Positions 29,462 to 39,737 of a stretch of 64,000 nucleotides of DNA are shown in pieces; within the stretch, counting starts at the first letter, position 1; each line of letters begins with the position of its first letter. The position numbers and the translations under genes are program-made. The DNA is from Anaerolineae bacterium (lineage in GTDB: Bacteria; Chloroflexota; Anaerolineae; Epilineales; JAHCIE01), in NCBI GenBank assembly GCA_046328505.1, contig JAXLWL010000005.1, forward strand, positions 475,666 to 539,665. The letters run 5' to 3'. A model generated the notes under the pieces. The model was given only the letters and a program-made list of their open reading frames with translations, did no database searches and was not told the origin of the DNA.

Positions 29462-32400
29462 ATGTCGCGTCTGGCGCTATCCCTGTTGGGGCCATTCCAG
29501 GCTGTGCTGGAAGGGCAGCCTGTAGTTGGCTTTCGATCAGATAAGGCCCGCGCTTTGCTGATATTCCTCGCGGTCGAGGCTAGCCGTCCCCATGCCCGCG
29601 AAACGCTGGCCGGCCTGCTGTGGCCCGACTACCCGAACGCCACGGCACTCACCTACCTACGCAGCGCACTCGCCAACCTGCGCCACCTTCTCGATGAACC
29701 CTCAAAGGGGTTGGCGACCTCGTCATCTCTTTTTCTGTTAGTCAACCGCGAGACCGTCCAATTCAATCCGGTGGCGGATGCTCGGCTCGACGTCGTCGCC
29801 CTTACCCGACTGCTGGAGGGGCATCCGACGCTGGGTGACCTGGAACAGGCCGTCGCCCTATGCCGCGGGCCGTTTCTCGAAGGGTTCTCGATCGGCGCGT
29901 GCGCCGCCTTCGATGAGTGGCTCCTCTTCAAGCGCGAGCAGTTCAGCCGCCTCGAATTGTCGGCGCTGCATCGTCTGGCAACAGCCTATATCGCCAAGGG
30001 CCAGTATGCCCAGGCTGAGGCCTGCGCGCGCCGGCAGCTCACCCTTGATCCATGGGACGAACCGGCTCATCGGCAACTGATGGCCGTGCTGGCGTTCGAT
30101 GGCCGGCCGGGCGCCGCCCTGGCTCAATATGAAGCATGCCGCCGCGTGCTGGCCGAGGAACTGGGCGTCGCGCCGGCCCGCGAAACCGTGGATCTCCGCG
30201 ATAGGATTCAGGCAGGTACCCTGGACGAAGTGTTGCCCCAGGTGAAAGACGCTGGGGGGCACCGCGCGCCCTTTGTCGTCCGCGACCGCGAGCTGGCCCA
30301 GCTAGAGTCCCACCTGACCCAGGCGCTGGCTAGTAACGGCGGCGTGGTCTTCGTCATTGGCGAAGCCGGCAGCGGCAAGACGACTCTCATGCGAGAGTTT
30401 TCACGGCGTGCTGTCGCCAGCCACAGAAACGCGGTCGGCGCGACCGGCAGGTGCACAGCCTCTATCGGCCTGGGCGATCCCTACCTGCCGTTCCGTGAGG
30501 TCGTCCAGATGCTTACGGGTGACATCGACGTACTACGGGCCGGCAGCGCGCCGGTGCCCGAGCACGTTCAGCGCCTGTGGGCGGTGGCGCCGACGGCCGT
30601 GCGGACCCTGGTTGAAAGCGCGCCGGGACTGGTTGACCGTTTTGTGGCCGGCGACGCCCTGGCGCTCCGAACCGAAGCCTTCGCCGTGGCCGATGGGCTA
30701 CACACCACCGCGGGCGCGCGTGCCGCGTTGGCGGCCCGCGTGCGAAGTCAGGCCGAGCGCAACAAAGGGGCAACCATTCTGGAGCAATCGGACCTTTTCG
30801 AGCAGGTCACAGCCTTCCTGCGCGCCCTGGCCCGCCACCACCCCCTCATACTCCTACTAGACGACCTGCAGTGGGCTGACAATGGCTCCATCAGTCTCCT
30901 CTTCCATCTGGGACGCTCCCTCGCTGGCAGCCGCATCTTGATCGTTGGCGCCTATCGTCCAGAGGACATTGCTCAGGGCCGCGACGGCGGACGTCACCCT
31001 CTGTCGGCCGTCGTCCACGAGTTGCAGCGTGACCTCGGCGAGATCGTGTTGGACCTGAATCAGGCGGCAGGACGGCCGTTTATTGATGCTCTCCTGGATA
31101 GCGAGCCGAATCGGCTTGGGGAGGTGTTTCGCGACACGCTCTACCGCCGCACCGAAGGGCACCCCTTGTTCGCCGTCGAGCTGCTGCAAAGCTTGCAGGA
31201 GCACGGCAGTTTGACACGAAACGACGCTGGGGAGTGGGTCGAGGGACAGACGCTGGACTGGGAAACGCTGCCCGCGCGCGTCGAAGCAATCGTTGCCGAG
31301 CGTATCGAGCGTCTGCCGGCGGAGGTGCAGATGCTCTTGGGCGCCGCCAGCGTCGAGGGCGAGGAGTTCTCTGCTGAGATCGTCGCCCACGTGCAAGGGC
31401 TTGAAGAACGCGATCTCAAGGCTCGGTTGAGCTATGCGTTGAGCAGCGACTATCACCTGGTGCGCAGCCGTGGCTTGCAGCGGATCGAGGGACGCCTCTT
31501 TTCCCGCTATCGCTTCCGCCATCATCTCTTCTGGCAGTATCTTTACAACCGGCTCGACGAGGCGGAGCGCGCGCGCCTGCACGAGGCCGTCGGCGCTATG
31601 TTGGAATCGCTGTACGCCGCGGCCGCCGACCACGACACCAGTCGCGCGCCGCGGCTCGCGTGGCACTTCGAACAGGCGGGCCAGATCGACAAGGCGGTGC
31701 TCTACCGTCGTCGGGCCGGGGATGAGGCCATGCGGCTGGCCGCCTGTGAGGAGGCGATCGCGCACTACATGCACGCCCTGGCGCTGCTGGCCACGTTGCC
31801 CGCATCGGCCGGGCGAACGGAGCAGGAGGTAGCCTTGCGCTTTGCTCTGGCCGCCCCGCTCTCCCTCACACGGGGGTGGGCCGGTCTAGAGACGCGGGAT
31901 GTGCTGGCCCGAGCCTACGAGCTGGCCCAGGCGATCGATGCCGGGCCACAGTTTGTGGCGACTTTGTTGGCTCTGTCTGCGATGTACATTGCGCAGGGTG
32001 AGATTCAGAAGGCCGTCGCTCTGGGTGAGGAGCTTCTCCAAGTAGCGGAGCAGGCCGAGGACCCGCTTTCCCTTGCCGCGGCGCACGTGGGCATTGGGGC
32101 CGCGCTATTCTTCCAGGGCGTGGTGCAAAGGGCGCGCGACCACCTAGAGCAAGCAGAGGCTCTCTATGCCGTGCAGCCGTCCGGGCCGCTCGGGCTGCCA
32201 ATCGGTCTGGATCCAGAGGTCAGTGGTTTAACCTGGCTGGCGTTGGTGGTGTGGGAGGCGGGATATCCCGATCAAGCGGCTGAACGTAGCCGGGCGGCTA
32301 TCGCGCGCGCGCGCGAACTGGGCCAGCCCACGACGCTGGCCTTCGCGTTGGCTATCGCCGGCGCATGGTTCCACAGTCTTCGCCGGGAGATGGAGGAAGT

Positions 32401-32998
32401 CCAGGCGTGTCAAGAGACCCTTCGCCGGATCGCGTCTGACAAGGGATTGATCGTCTTCCAGGTGCTCGGAATGCCATTGGAGGGTCGCATACGAATGTGG
32501 CAGGGGCAGGCCGACGCGGGTATCGCGCAGATACGCGAGGCGACGGCGGCGTGGCAAGCGATGGGGACCATGGCCGGCCAGGCCATGTATCTCTTGCTGT
32601 TGATTGAAGCGTACCGGGATGCCGGTGACGTTGCCCAGGCCATGGCGACTGTGGAAGAAGCCCTGGCCCTCATCGAGCAAGCGGGGTTACGTTCCAGCGA
32701 GGCTGAGGTGTGGCGACTCAAGGGGGAGTTGCTGGCAAGCGGCGCCATACCCGGCGAAGCCGAGGCTGAGGCCTCCTTCCAGCACGCGATTGCCCTGGCC
32801 CGTCAGCAGGGTGCGCGGTCGTGGGAGTTGCGGGCCACCGTCAGCCTGGCGCGTTTGTGGCGACACCGGGGACGGACCGAGGAAGCGCGGCAGATTTTGA
32901 CGGACATCTACAGCTGGTTCACCGAGGGATTCGATACGCCGGACTTGAGAGAGGCCCGGGACTTGCTGCAAGACCTGGGGTGTGGGGAATTCGCCTGA
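29462..32998 (+). CDS. AfsR/SARP-family transcriptional regulator: OmpR-type wHTH plus BTAD, NB-ARC/STAND P-loop ATPase, C-terminal TPR array
   Basis: N-terminus MSRLALSLLGPFQAVLEGQPVVGFRSDKARALLIFLAVEASRPHARETLAGLLWPD is wHTH/BTAD. The Walker A motif is VFVIGEAGSGKTTLMREF. A long TPR-like helical C-terminus follows. The start is moved from 29285 to the ATG at 29462, which matches the family N-terminus and has an RBS. Confidence 0.85.
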   Translation: MSRLALSLLGPFQAVLEGQPVVGFRSDKARALLIFLAVEASRPHARETLAGLLWPDYPNATALTYLRSALANLRHLLDEPSKGLATSSSLFLLVNRETVQFNPVADARLDVVALTRLLEGHPTLGDLEQAVALCRGPFLEGFSIGACAAFDEWLLFKREQFSRLELSALHRLATAYIAKGQYAQAEACARRQLTLDPWDEPAHRQLMAVLAFDGRPGAALAQYEACRRVLAEELGVAPARETVDLRDRIQAGTLDEVLPQVKDAGGHRAPFVVRDRELAQLESHLTQALASNGGVVFVIGEAGSGKTTLMREFSRRAVASHRNAVGATGRCTASIGLGDPYLPFREVVQMLTGDIDVLRAGSAPVPEHVQRLWAVAPTAVRTLVESAPGLVDRFVAGDALALRTEAFAVADGLHTTAGARAALAARVRSQAERNKGATILEQSDLFEQVTAFLRALARHHPLILLLDDLQWADNGSISLLFHLGRSLAGSRILIVGAYRPEDIAQGRDGGRHPLSAVVHELQRDLGEIVLDLNQAAGRPFIDALLDSEPNRLGEVFRDTLYRRTEGHPLFAVELLQSLQEHGSLTRNDAGEWVEGQTLDWETLPARVEAIVAERIERLPAEVQMLLGAASVEGEEFSAEIVAHVQGLEERDLKARLSYALSSDYHLVRSRGLQRIEGRLFSRYRFRHHLFWQYLYNRLDEAERARLHEAVGAMLESLYAAAADHDTSRAPRLAWHFEQAGQIDKAVLYRRRAGDEAMRLAACEEAIAHYMHALALLATLPASAGRTEQEVALRFALAAPLSLTRGWAGLETRDVLARAYELAQAIDAGPQFVATLLALSAMYIAQGEIQKAVALGEELLQVAEQAEDPLSLAAAHVGIGAALFFQGVVQRARDHLEQAEALYAVQPSGPLGLPIGLDPEVSGLTWLALVVWEAGYPDQAAERSRAAIARARELGQPTTLAFALAIAGAWFHSLRREMEEVQACQETLRRIASDKGLIVFQVLGMPLEGRIRMWQGQADAGIAQIREATAAWQAMGTMAGQAMYLLLLIEAYRDAGDVAQAMATVEEALALIEQAGLRSSEAEVWRLKGELLASGAIPGEAEAEASFQHAIALARQQGARSWELRATVSLARLWRHRGRTEEARQILTDIYSWFTEGFDTPDLREARDLLQDLGCGEFA

Positions 32999-33018
32999 AA
33001 TCGACGATGGGGTTCGGA

Positions 33019-33058
33019 AAACGGGTCGGCGGCGGAACGTTCCGCCGCCGACCCGTTT
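33019..33058. terminator. Perfect 40-nt palindrome (18-bp stem / 4-nt loop) between convergent genes; bidirectional intrinsic terminator
   Basis: aaacgggtcggcggcggaacgttccgccgccgacccgttt read directly. It is flanked by A/T runs on both sides. Confidence 0.65.
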
Positions 33059-33086
33059 AGCCACTGTGCGCGCGATGAATGTCTTA

Positions 33087-34394
33087 CTACGCGGTGAACG
33101 GGTATCGTCCCAGCCGGCCGCGACCGCTCCCGTTGTTCGGGGTCCGCCCTGAGCCGGGATTGATGCTCTGGCCCGGCGTCGGCTGTGTCGCCGCCGAGCC
33201 GGTGCGGGTCACACTGAATCCGCTGCCATCCTCTGTCACAGCGGAGGTCGTCGCGATGGTATTATTGTACATGTCGACCATCGTGATGGGGCGGCCGCCG
33301 GCTTGCGCGATCGTTACGCTGTCGCCGTCCTTGACGGCGCTACTACCGCTGAACGTGATCGTTCCGAAGTTGTCGAGGGGCGTGATCCGCCGTCCGGCGA
33401 CGGGCGCCTCTGTCACCCACTCAGCGGACGAGTGCGACGACGAGTAAGTCACGTTCGTCTCGTAGGTCGCGCCCGTCGTGTTGTTCTGGAAGGCGATGAG
33501 CCACTGGTTGGGCTGCGTTTCTGTGATCGAAACTGTCACAGAGTCGCCGGGCTTGACGGCCAAAGCCACGCGGCGCGAGGACTGTGGCAGGGTCTCGATC
33601 CATGCGCTGTACTGGACAGACCCGTTGCCGCGGCTCGTCTCCATCGTGCCGGCCTGAATCAGGTCGCGGCTTGAGACACCTCCGATGCCGACCCAGCTCG
33701 CCGCAGTGCCAAGCGGAATGGCGCCGTCGGACTGGGGGACCGTCCAGGTACCCGTCACGCTGGTATACGAGCCGGTGGTTGCCGCGTAGCCGGACCAGTT
33801 GTGCGACACATTCTCGCTGTTCGGGTTGACGCGCCTGCCCGGCGGGATTGGGCTGGAGGGAGAGGATGGCGCCTGGCCGGGCACGGTCGCGACGCTGCTA
33901 TCGGGATGGTCGTCGTTTTGAATCAGCCATGTTCCCTGGTCGAGGACGAGCGTGTAGACGTTCTGGTCCCGGCTCACGTCGGTCGTGCCGTCTGCGTACG
34001 TCGTCTCCCACGTCTCATAAGTCGTTGCCGTCGCCGTCGTATCGGTCTTCAGGCTGACATCGCCCCACTCGAGCTTGACGAGCTTGATGGCCTTGACACT
34101 GTTACGCGCCAGATCCTGGTTCGTCTGAACCATCTGGTCGTAGTAGTCGCTCGTCGAGGTATCCTTCATAATAGTGGGATCGTGCGCGGCGAAGGCTTGC
34201 TGCTGCGCGTCGTTGGCCTTTTGGATAACGGCCTGGATGGCGGCGGTCGTCGGCTCATCCGCCGATGGGCTGGCCCAGGCCAGGCCGGCGGTGTGGCCGA
34301 AGACGGCCACTAGGGCCAGTGCCAGCGCGAGGGCGACGGCTCGCCAGGCCGGGCTTCTAAGCGCCTCGCGGCGCGAACATGTCTCTCTAGGCAT
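33087..34394 (-). CDS. Secreted peptidase family G1 (eqolisin / scytalidoglutamic peptidase-like) homologue with an N-terminal extra domain
   Basis: Signal peptide MPRETCSRREALRSPAWRAVALALALALVAVFGHTAGLAWA. The C-terminal about 210 aa align with scytalidoglutamic peptidase. NWSGYAAT...VPQSDG...AASWVGIGG...DLIQAG matches NWGGAIL...VPSASG...AWVGIDG...AILQTG, the catalytic Gln context. AEWVTEAP matches AEFIIEDF, the catalytic Glu context. Confidence 0.7.
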   Translation of the reverse strand: MPRETCSRREALRSPAWRAVALALALALVAVFGHTAGLAWASPSADEPTTAAIQAVIQKANDAQQQAFAAHDPTIMKDTSTSDYYDQMVQTNQDLARNSVKAIKLVKLEWGDVSLKTDTTATATTYETWETTYADGTTDVSRDQNVYTLVLDQGTWLIQNDDHPDSSVATVPGQAPSSPSSPIPPGRRVNPNSENVSHNWSGYAATTGSYTSVTGTWTVPQSDGAIPLGTAASWVGIGGVSSRDLIQAGTMETSRGNGSVQYSAWIETLPQSSRRVALAVKPGDSVTVSITETQPNQWLIAFQNNTTGATYETNVTYSSSHSSAEWVTEAPVAGRRITPLDNFGTITFSGSSAVKDGDSVTIAQAGGRPITMVDMYNNTIATTSAVTEDGSGFSVTRTGSAATQPTPGQSINPGSGRTPNNGSGRGRLGRYPFTA

Positions 34395-34541
34395 GAGTAT
34401 CCTCTCTCGCTTGAAAAAGCTGATGCCTTTTGCTTAACACATAGTTTACAAAGTGCGGCTGAAAACGGCAATAGCTCTGGTTAAGAAGAAGATAAGAGTA
34501 GTACCGGCCCCGTAGGTTGAAAAGGTGGAGGCAGAGCGTCG

Positions 34542-34570
34542 CTTGTGGTGTGTAATAGAGTGTGTATACT
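34542..34570 (+). promoter_or_regulatory. Promoter candidate (CTTGTG, 17-bp spacer, TATACT) in an AT-rich island upstream of vapB
   Basis: TATACT is at 34565..34570, 18 nt before the vapB ATG. The surrounding 34395..34560 is conspicuously AT-rich. Confidence 0.3.
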
Positions 34571-34588
34571 TTTGATAGGAGGTGCAGC

Positions 34589-34864
34589 ATGACGCAACTG
34601 CATCGGGTGCAACTACTGATCGAGGAGGAGCAACGCGAAACCCTCGCTGAGATAGCGGCCCGCGAGGGACGGAGCGTGTCGGATGTGGTGCGCGAGGTGA
34701 TTCGCCTGGGCCTGGAACAGCGGCGGCGGACACAAGGCGGCTGGCGTGATGCGCTCGAACGCTTGGCGGTGATTCGCGGCCGTGGCCCGGTTGCGATTGT
34801 CTCTGACCGCGATTTGCTGGCGGAAGCGCGCGCCGAGCGCATCGAGGAATTGGGGGGAGCGTGA
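34589..34864 (+). CDS. vapB: VapB-type antitoxin (ribbon-helix-helix/CopG-like)
   Basis: MTQLHRVQLLIEEEQRETLAEIAAREGRSVSDVVREVIRLGLEQRRR. AGGAGG RBS 6 nt upstream of the ATG at 34589. The stop overlaps the vapC GTG (GTGA). Confidence 0.75.
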   Translation: MTQLHRVQLLIEEEQRETLAEIAAREGRSVSDVVREVIRLGLEQRRRTQGGWRDALERLAVIRGRGPVAIVSDRDLLAEARAERIEELGGA

Positions 34865-35292
34865 CGCGACGAGTCATAGACGCCAATATTGCCATCGCGC
34901 TGGCGCTACGCTATCCCTACTCAGCAGCCGCAAGCCAGCGCCTCATGACGTGGCACGATGACGGTGACGAGCTTTTCGTTCCCTCGCTGTGGCAATACGA
35001 GGTCGTCTCTGTGCTCCGCAAAGCCGTCGCCGCGAAGATGCTGTCCGCGGCAGATGCTCTTGAGGCGCTTGACGCGATATTCGTGCTTCAATTTACTGAG
35101 GTATCGCCTTCGCTCGATACGCATCGCCTGGCGCTTGCCTGGGCCGACCGTCTCAACCACGCAGCAGCCTACGATGCACAGTACCTGGCGGCTGCCGAAC
35201 AGTTGGGCGCGGAGTTGTGGACGGCCGATAGGCGTCTTGTGCAACGTGCTCAGCAGCTAGGCGTCCAGTGGGTACGGCACGTAGAAGACTAA
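34861..35292 (+). CDS. vapC: VapC-type PIN-domain toxin
   Basis: MTRRVIDANIAIALAL...(D)...SLWQYEVVSVL...DAQYLAAAEQLGAELWTADRRL has the PIN acidic residues. There is a 4-nt overlap with vapB. Confidence 0.8.
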   Translation: MTRRVIDANIAIALALRYPYSAAASQRLMTWHDDGDELFVPSLWQYEVVSVLRKAVAAKMLSAADALEALDAIFVLQFTEVSPSLDTHRLALAWADRLNHAAAYDAQYLAAAEQLGAELWTADRRLVQRAQQLGVQWVRHVED

Positions 35293-35302
35293 GCCGGGAG
35301 CG

Positions 35303-36715
35303 CTACGCTTCTTCCGCCGCTTCCTTGGCTGTCGAAACGGCCGACGCCGTCGGGTTGTGCCAGCCGCCGTGCGGCTCAATGAGCCTGTTCGCTTCCGCCG
35401 GTCCCCATGTATTTGGCTCATACTCATAGACAGGCGTCGGATTCTGCAGCGCCGGCTCCACGACTTCCCACGCGGCTTCGACGGCGTCCTGCCGCGTAAA
35501 GAGGGTCGGATCGCCACGCAGTGCGTCGCCGAGTAACCGCTCGTAGGGCGTCATCTGGCGCGGTGGCTGGTGAACGGCGACCAACTCCACCCACTCCCCC
35601 TTCATCGCCTCGCCCGGCATCTTGGCTTGCCCACCGACGGCGATGAGCACCTCTGGACTGAGACGGAAGCGGAAGGTGTTTGGCTCGCCGGTCGGGGCGG
35701 TGCGGAAGACGGCGTGCGGCGCGTACCGCAGCTTGACCAGCACCTCCGTCGTCGTCACCGGCAGGCACTTGCCCGCTCGGATGTAGAACGGCACATTGTC
35801 CCAACGCCAGTTATCCACATAAACCCGCATGGCGGCGAAGGTCTCGACCTGCGAGTCCGCCGCGACGCCGTCCTCCTGCCGATAGCCGCGATATTGCCCG
35901 CGCACTACGTCGGCCGGCTTGACGTCGCGCATGGCTTTGAGCAGGACGGCTTTCTGGTCGCGTGTCGCCTCGTTATCGTCCTTCGACGGCGCTTCCATTG
36001 CCAGCAGCGCCGCGACCTGGAGCATGTGGTTCTGCACGACATCGCGAATAGCGCCGACTTCCTCATAGAAACGGCCGCGGCCGCGCACGCCGAAATCCTC
36101 GGCCATCGTGATTTGCACACTCGATACGAAGTGGCGGTTCCAGATCGGCTCCAGGAAGGCGTTGGCGAAGCGGAAGAAGAGCAGGTTCTGGACGGGTTCC
36201 TTGCCGAGGTAGTGGTCGATTCGGAAGATCGCCTCTTCCGGGAAGTACTGATGCAGAATCTTGCTCAGCTCTTTCGCCGACGCCAGGTCGCGCCCGAACG
36301 GCTTCTCGACGACGACGCGGGCGTTCTCGGCGCACCCCGACTCGGCCAGCCCTTGAGCCACTGTCGCGAACATCGACGGCGGGATGGCAAGGTAGTGCAA
36401 GGGGTGGGCGGCAGAGCCGAGGAGAGCGCGCAATTGCTTGTAGGTGTTGGGGTCGCGGTAGTCGCTGTCCACGTACTGCAGGCGCTCCACGAGCTTGCGA
36501 AAGGCGTCTTCGTCCACGCCGCCGGCGTGCGCCAGGCTATCACGGGCGCGCTCGCGTAGCTGTTCGAGAGACCAGCCGGACTTCGCGACGCCGATAATGG
36601 GCATATCCAGGTATCCACGGCGAATCAACGCCTGGAGCGCGGGGAAAATCTGCTTGTAGGCCAGGTCACCTGTGGCGCCGAAAAATACAAACGCATCCGC
36701 GTGAGACGATTCCAT
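35303..36715 (-). CDS. zwf: Glucose-6-phosphate 1-dehydrogenase
   Basis: [23 protein letters not shown]-binding motif and RIDHYLGKE active-site signature. 470 aa. Confidence 0.9.
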   Translation of the reverse strand: MESSHADAFVFFGATGDLAYKQIFPALQALIRRGYLDMPIIGVAKSGWSLEQLRERARDSLAHAGGVDEDAFRKLVERLQYVDSDYRDPNTYKQLRALLGSAAHPLHYLAIPPSMFATVAQGLAESGCAENARVVVEKPFGRDLASAKELSKILHQYFPEEAIFRIDHYLGKEPVQNLLFFRFANAFLEPIWNRHFVSSVQITMAEDFGVRGRGRFYEEVGAIRDVVQNHMLQVAALLAMEAPSKDDNEATRDQKAVLLKAMRDVKPADVVRGQYRGYRQEDGVAADSQVETFAAMRVYVDNWRWDNVPFYIRAGKCLPVTTTEVLVKLRYAPHAVFRTAPTGEPNTFRFRLSPEVLIAVGGQAKMPGEAMKGEWVELVAVHQPPRQMTPYERLLGDALRGDPTLFTRQDAVEAAWEVVEPALQNPTPVYEYEPNTWGPAEANRLIEPHGGWHNPTASAVSTAKEAAEEA

Positions 36716-36906
36716 CCTACTCCTCCACTTTATGCAACGCTGCTCGGCCGCTTTGCACTTTTACGTGCGGAACGGAAATTGTACTCTAATTGCGTCAACT
36801 GGCACACCGCGCAAGACAAAATGTTGGGCAACATCTTCGACAGGTGTTGCCCAACATCTTGCTACGTTTCCAGATACTCGCCGGTGAAGGCGAGTCGTGT
36901 GCGGTC

Positions 36907-37680
36907 TCACATCGCCGCAACCGCGTCTTCGCCCATGCCTTCGCTGCCCGACCTCTGGAGTGCGGGCCGCGCTCGGCGGGCGCGTTGCGCGCGCGTGACC
37001 TTGATGCGATACGCGGTGAGCGCGACAACGCTGGCGGCGGTCAGAGCGTACATCAGCCGCACGGCGAGGTTCGTGCTATCCGTCCCGGACATCAGGCCGT
37101 GAAGTGTGACCATGACGTAGACGGCGAAGCTGCTGTAGTGCAGCGCGCGCCAGGCGCGATGTCCGATGTACTGCCGAACGTAGAAGCTGAAGCTCACCAG
37201 GGCCGCCACGTAGAGGCCGATCTGGCCCAGGCCGACCCACAGGGGGCGGTAGTCGGTGCTCGTGAACGGAACGAGGATCTGCGCCAGTGAGTAGCCGATA
37301 TACTGATCGCCCAGAAGGATAAGTCCGTGAAAGGCCGCGAACGCCAGCGCCAGGAGGCTCACGAATTGGTGCAGGTCCACCGTCGCCAGCCCACCGGGCC
37401 ACTTTCGCCCCAGCTTGTTGGTAATCATCAGGCCAAAGACCACCGACAGCCACATCAGCAGGTAGGCCACGATCGCCGCGCCCCGCGACAGGTACCAGTA
37501 GCCCATGGGCGCTGCGCCGGTGAACGAGGCGATCAGGTTCGCCCACGAGAACGAGATGCTCGAAAGGGCGTTCCATGCTGCCCCCGCGCCTGTGCCCAGG
37601 GCTCCGCCCAAGCCGACAAGTAGCGCGAACATCCCCATGCTGCCGGTCATCCGTGTGAGGGTCATGTTAATCTTGTTCAT
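36907..37680 (-). CDS. Polytopic membrane protein, ferric-reductase-like / MsrQ-YedZ-like transmembrane domain (tentative)
   Basis: Start moved to MNKINMTL (ATG at about 37680). Six predicted TM helices carry conserved His (DLHQFVSLLALAFAAFHGLILL; VYVMVTLHGLMSG). The Arg-rich N-terminal 100 aa of the longer ORF call are the alternative frame of the upstream gene. Confidence 0.5.
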   Translation of the reverse strand: MNKINMTLTRMTGSMGMFALLVGLGGALGTGAGAAWNALSSISFSWANLIASFTGAAPMGYWYLSRGAAIVAYLLMWLSVVFGLMITNKLGRKWPGGLATVDLHQFVSLLALAFAAFHGLILLGDQYIGYSLAQILVPFTSTDYRPLWVGLGQIGLYVAALVSFSFYVRQYIGHRAWRALHYSSFAVYVMVTLHGLMSGTDSTNLAVRLMYALTAASVVALTAYRIKVTRAQRARRARPALQRSGSEGMGEDAVAAM

Positions 37681-37711
37681 CGTCGTGCTCCTTCCTCGTG
37701 TGTGCTTTCCG

Positions 37712-38152
37712 TTACTTCGATGAGCGCGTGCGCGTGACGGCCGCCGGGGCCGTTGTCGTCGTCTTGCTTGTCGTGGATGCCGCTGCTGTTGCCTGCGCGG
37801 TCGCTGTTGGCGCTGCCGTCGGCGCGGTTGTCGCCGTGGCTGCCGGCTGTGTCGTCGCCGTGGCTGCTGGCTGCGTTGCCGTAGCCGCCGACTGCGTGGT
37901 CGGTGTTGGCGGCGCTGAGGTTGCTGTGGCCGTTGGCAGCACGAGCGTGGATGTCGGGGCAGATGCAACCTGGGCCACGACGGCAACGGGCGTCGTATCC
38001 GTGTTCGCCTGCGAGGTGGCGGCGCCGCTATTCGCCAGAATGCCCCAGCTTCCCACGGTAAACCCGATAGCCAACGCGGCGATCGCCGTCTTCACTCCAG
38101 TAAGCCGCTTCCCCTGCTTCCGATTGGGTCCTGCGGGTGTGCGTTCTGTCAT
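37712..38152 (-). CDS. Membrane-anchored Thr/Ala/Pro-rich low-complexity protein
   Basis: AGGAGAG RBS 8 nt upstream of the ATG at 38152. One TM helix (TAIAALAIGFTVGSWGIL) is followed by a TATAPT/ATQPAATATT low-complexity region. It sits 31 nt upstream of the ferric-reductase-like gene. Confidence 0.5.
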   Translation of the reverse strand: MTERTPAGPNRKQGKRLTGVKTAIAALAIGFTVGSWGILANSGAATSQANTDTTPVAVVAQVASAPTSTLVLPTATATSAPPTPTTQSAATATQPAATATTQPAATATTAPTAAPTATAQATAAASTTSKTTTTAPAAVTRTRSSK

Positions 38153-38234
38153 GGTATAGCTCTCCTGAATTCACTATGCTCAAGTTCGTTATGCTCACGT
38201 TCGCGTCAAACTGCGTTGACCGCTTACAGACCAC

Positions 38235-38270
38235 AGTATACCAGGCGGATTTTCAGACATTGTGAAGAGC
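38235..38270 (-). promoter_or_regulatory. Conserved promoter module, copy 1: 23-nt element GCTCTTCACAATGTCTGAAAATC, 4 nt, TGG-TATACT (extended -10)
   Basis: Same module as at 41623..41658 and 45364..45399. It ends about 80 nt upstream of the start at 38152. Confidence 0.5.
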
Positions 38271-38351
38271 CGATTGGGAGAATGTGAGGATGGCGGGCAA
38301 GAAAAACTGCCGACCTGTGTCGGCAGTCTGGAGGTCCGGAGCTGATCGAGG

Positions 38352-39608
<1,257 letters not shown>

Positions 39609-39737
39609 ATTCTGATCACACTCTCGATTTCAATGAGGTGCCTGTTCATAATGTCTCCTATGCCGCTCCTCACCCGGGCTCCCTCTCCCTCGCCGAGACT
39701 CTCGGTGAAGGAGAGGGAAGGCCTGTTCGGGCGCCGC

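Noticed and set aside
37681-37986. Arg/Gln/Pro-rich 100-aa N-terminal extension of ORF 36907..37986
   Set aside because: It is the alternative reading frame of the upstream Thr/Ala/Pro-rich gene (37712..38152). The real start is the MNKINM ATG at about 37680.
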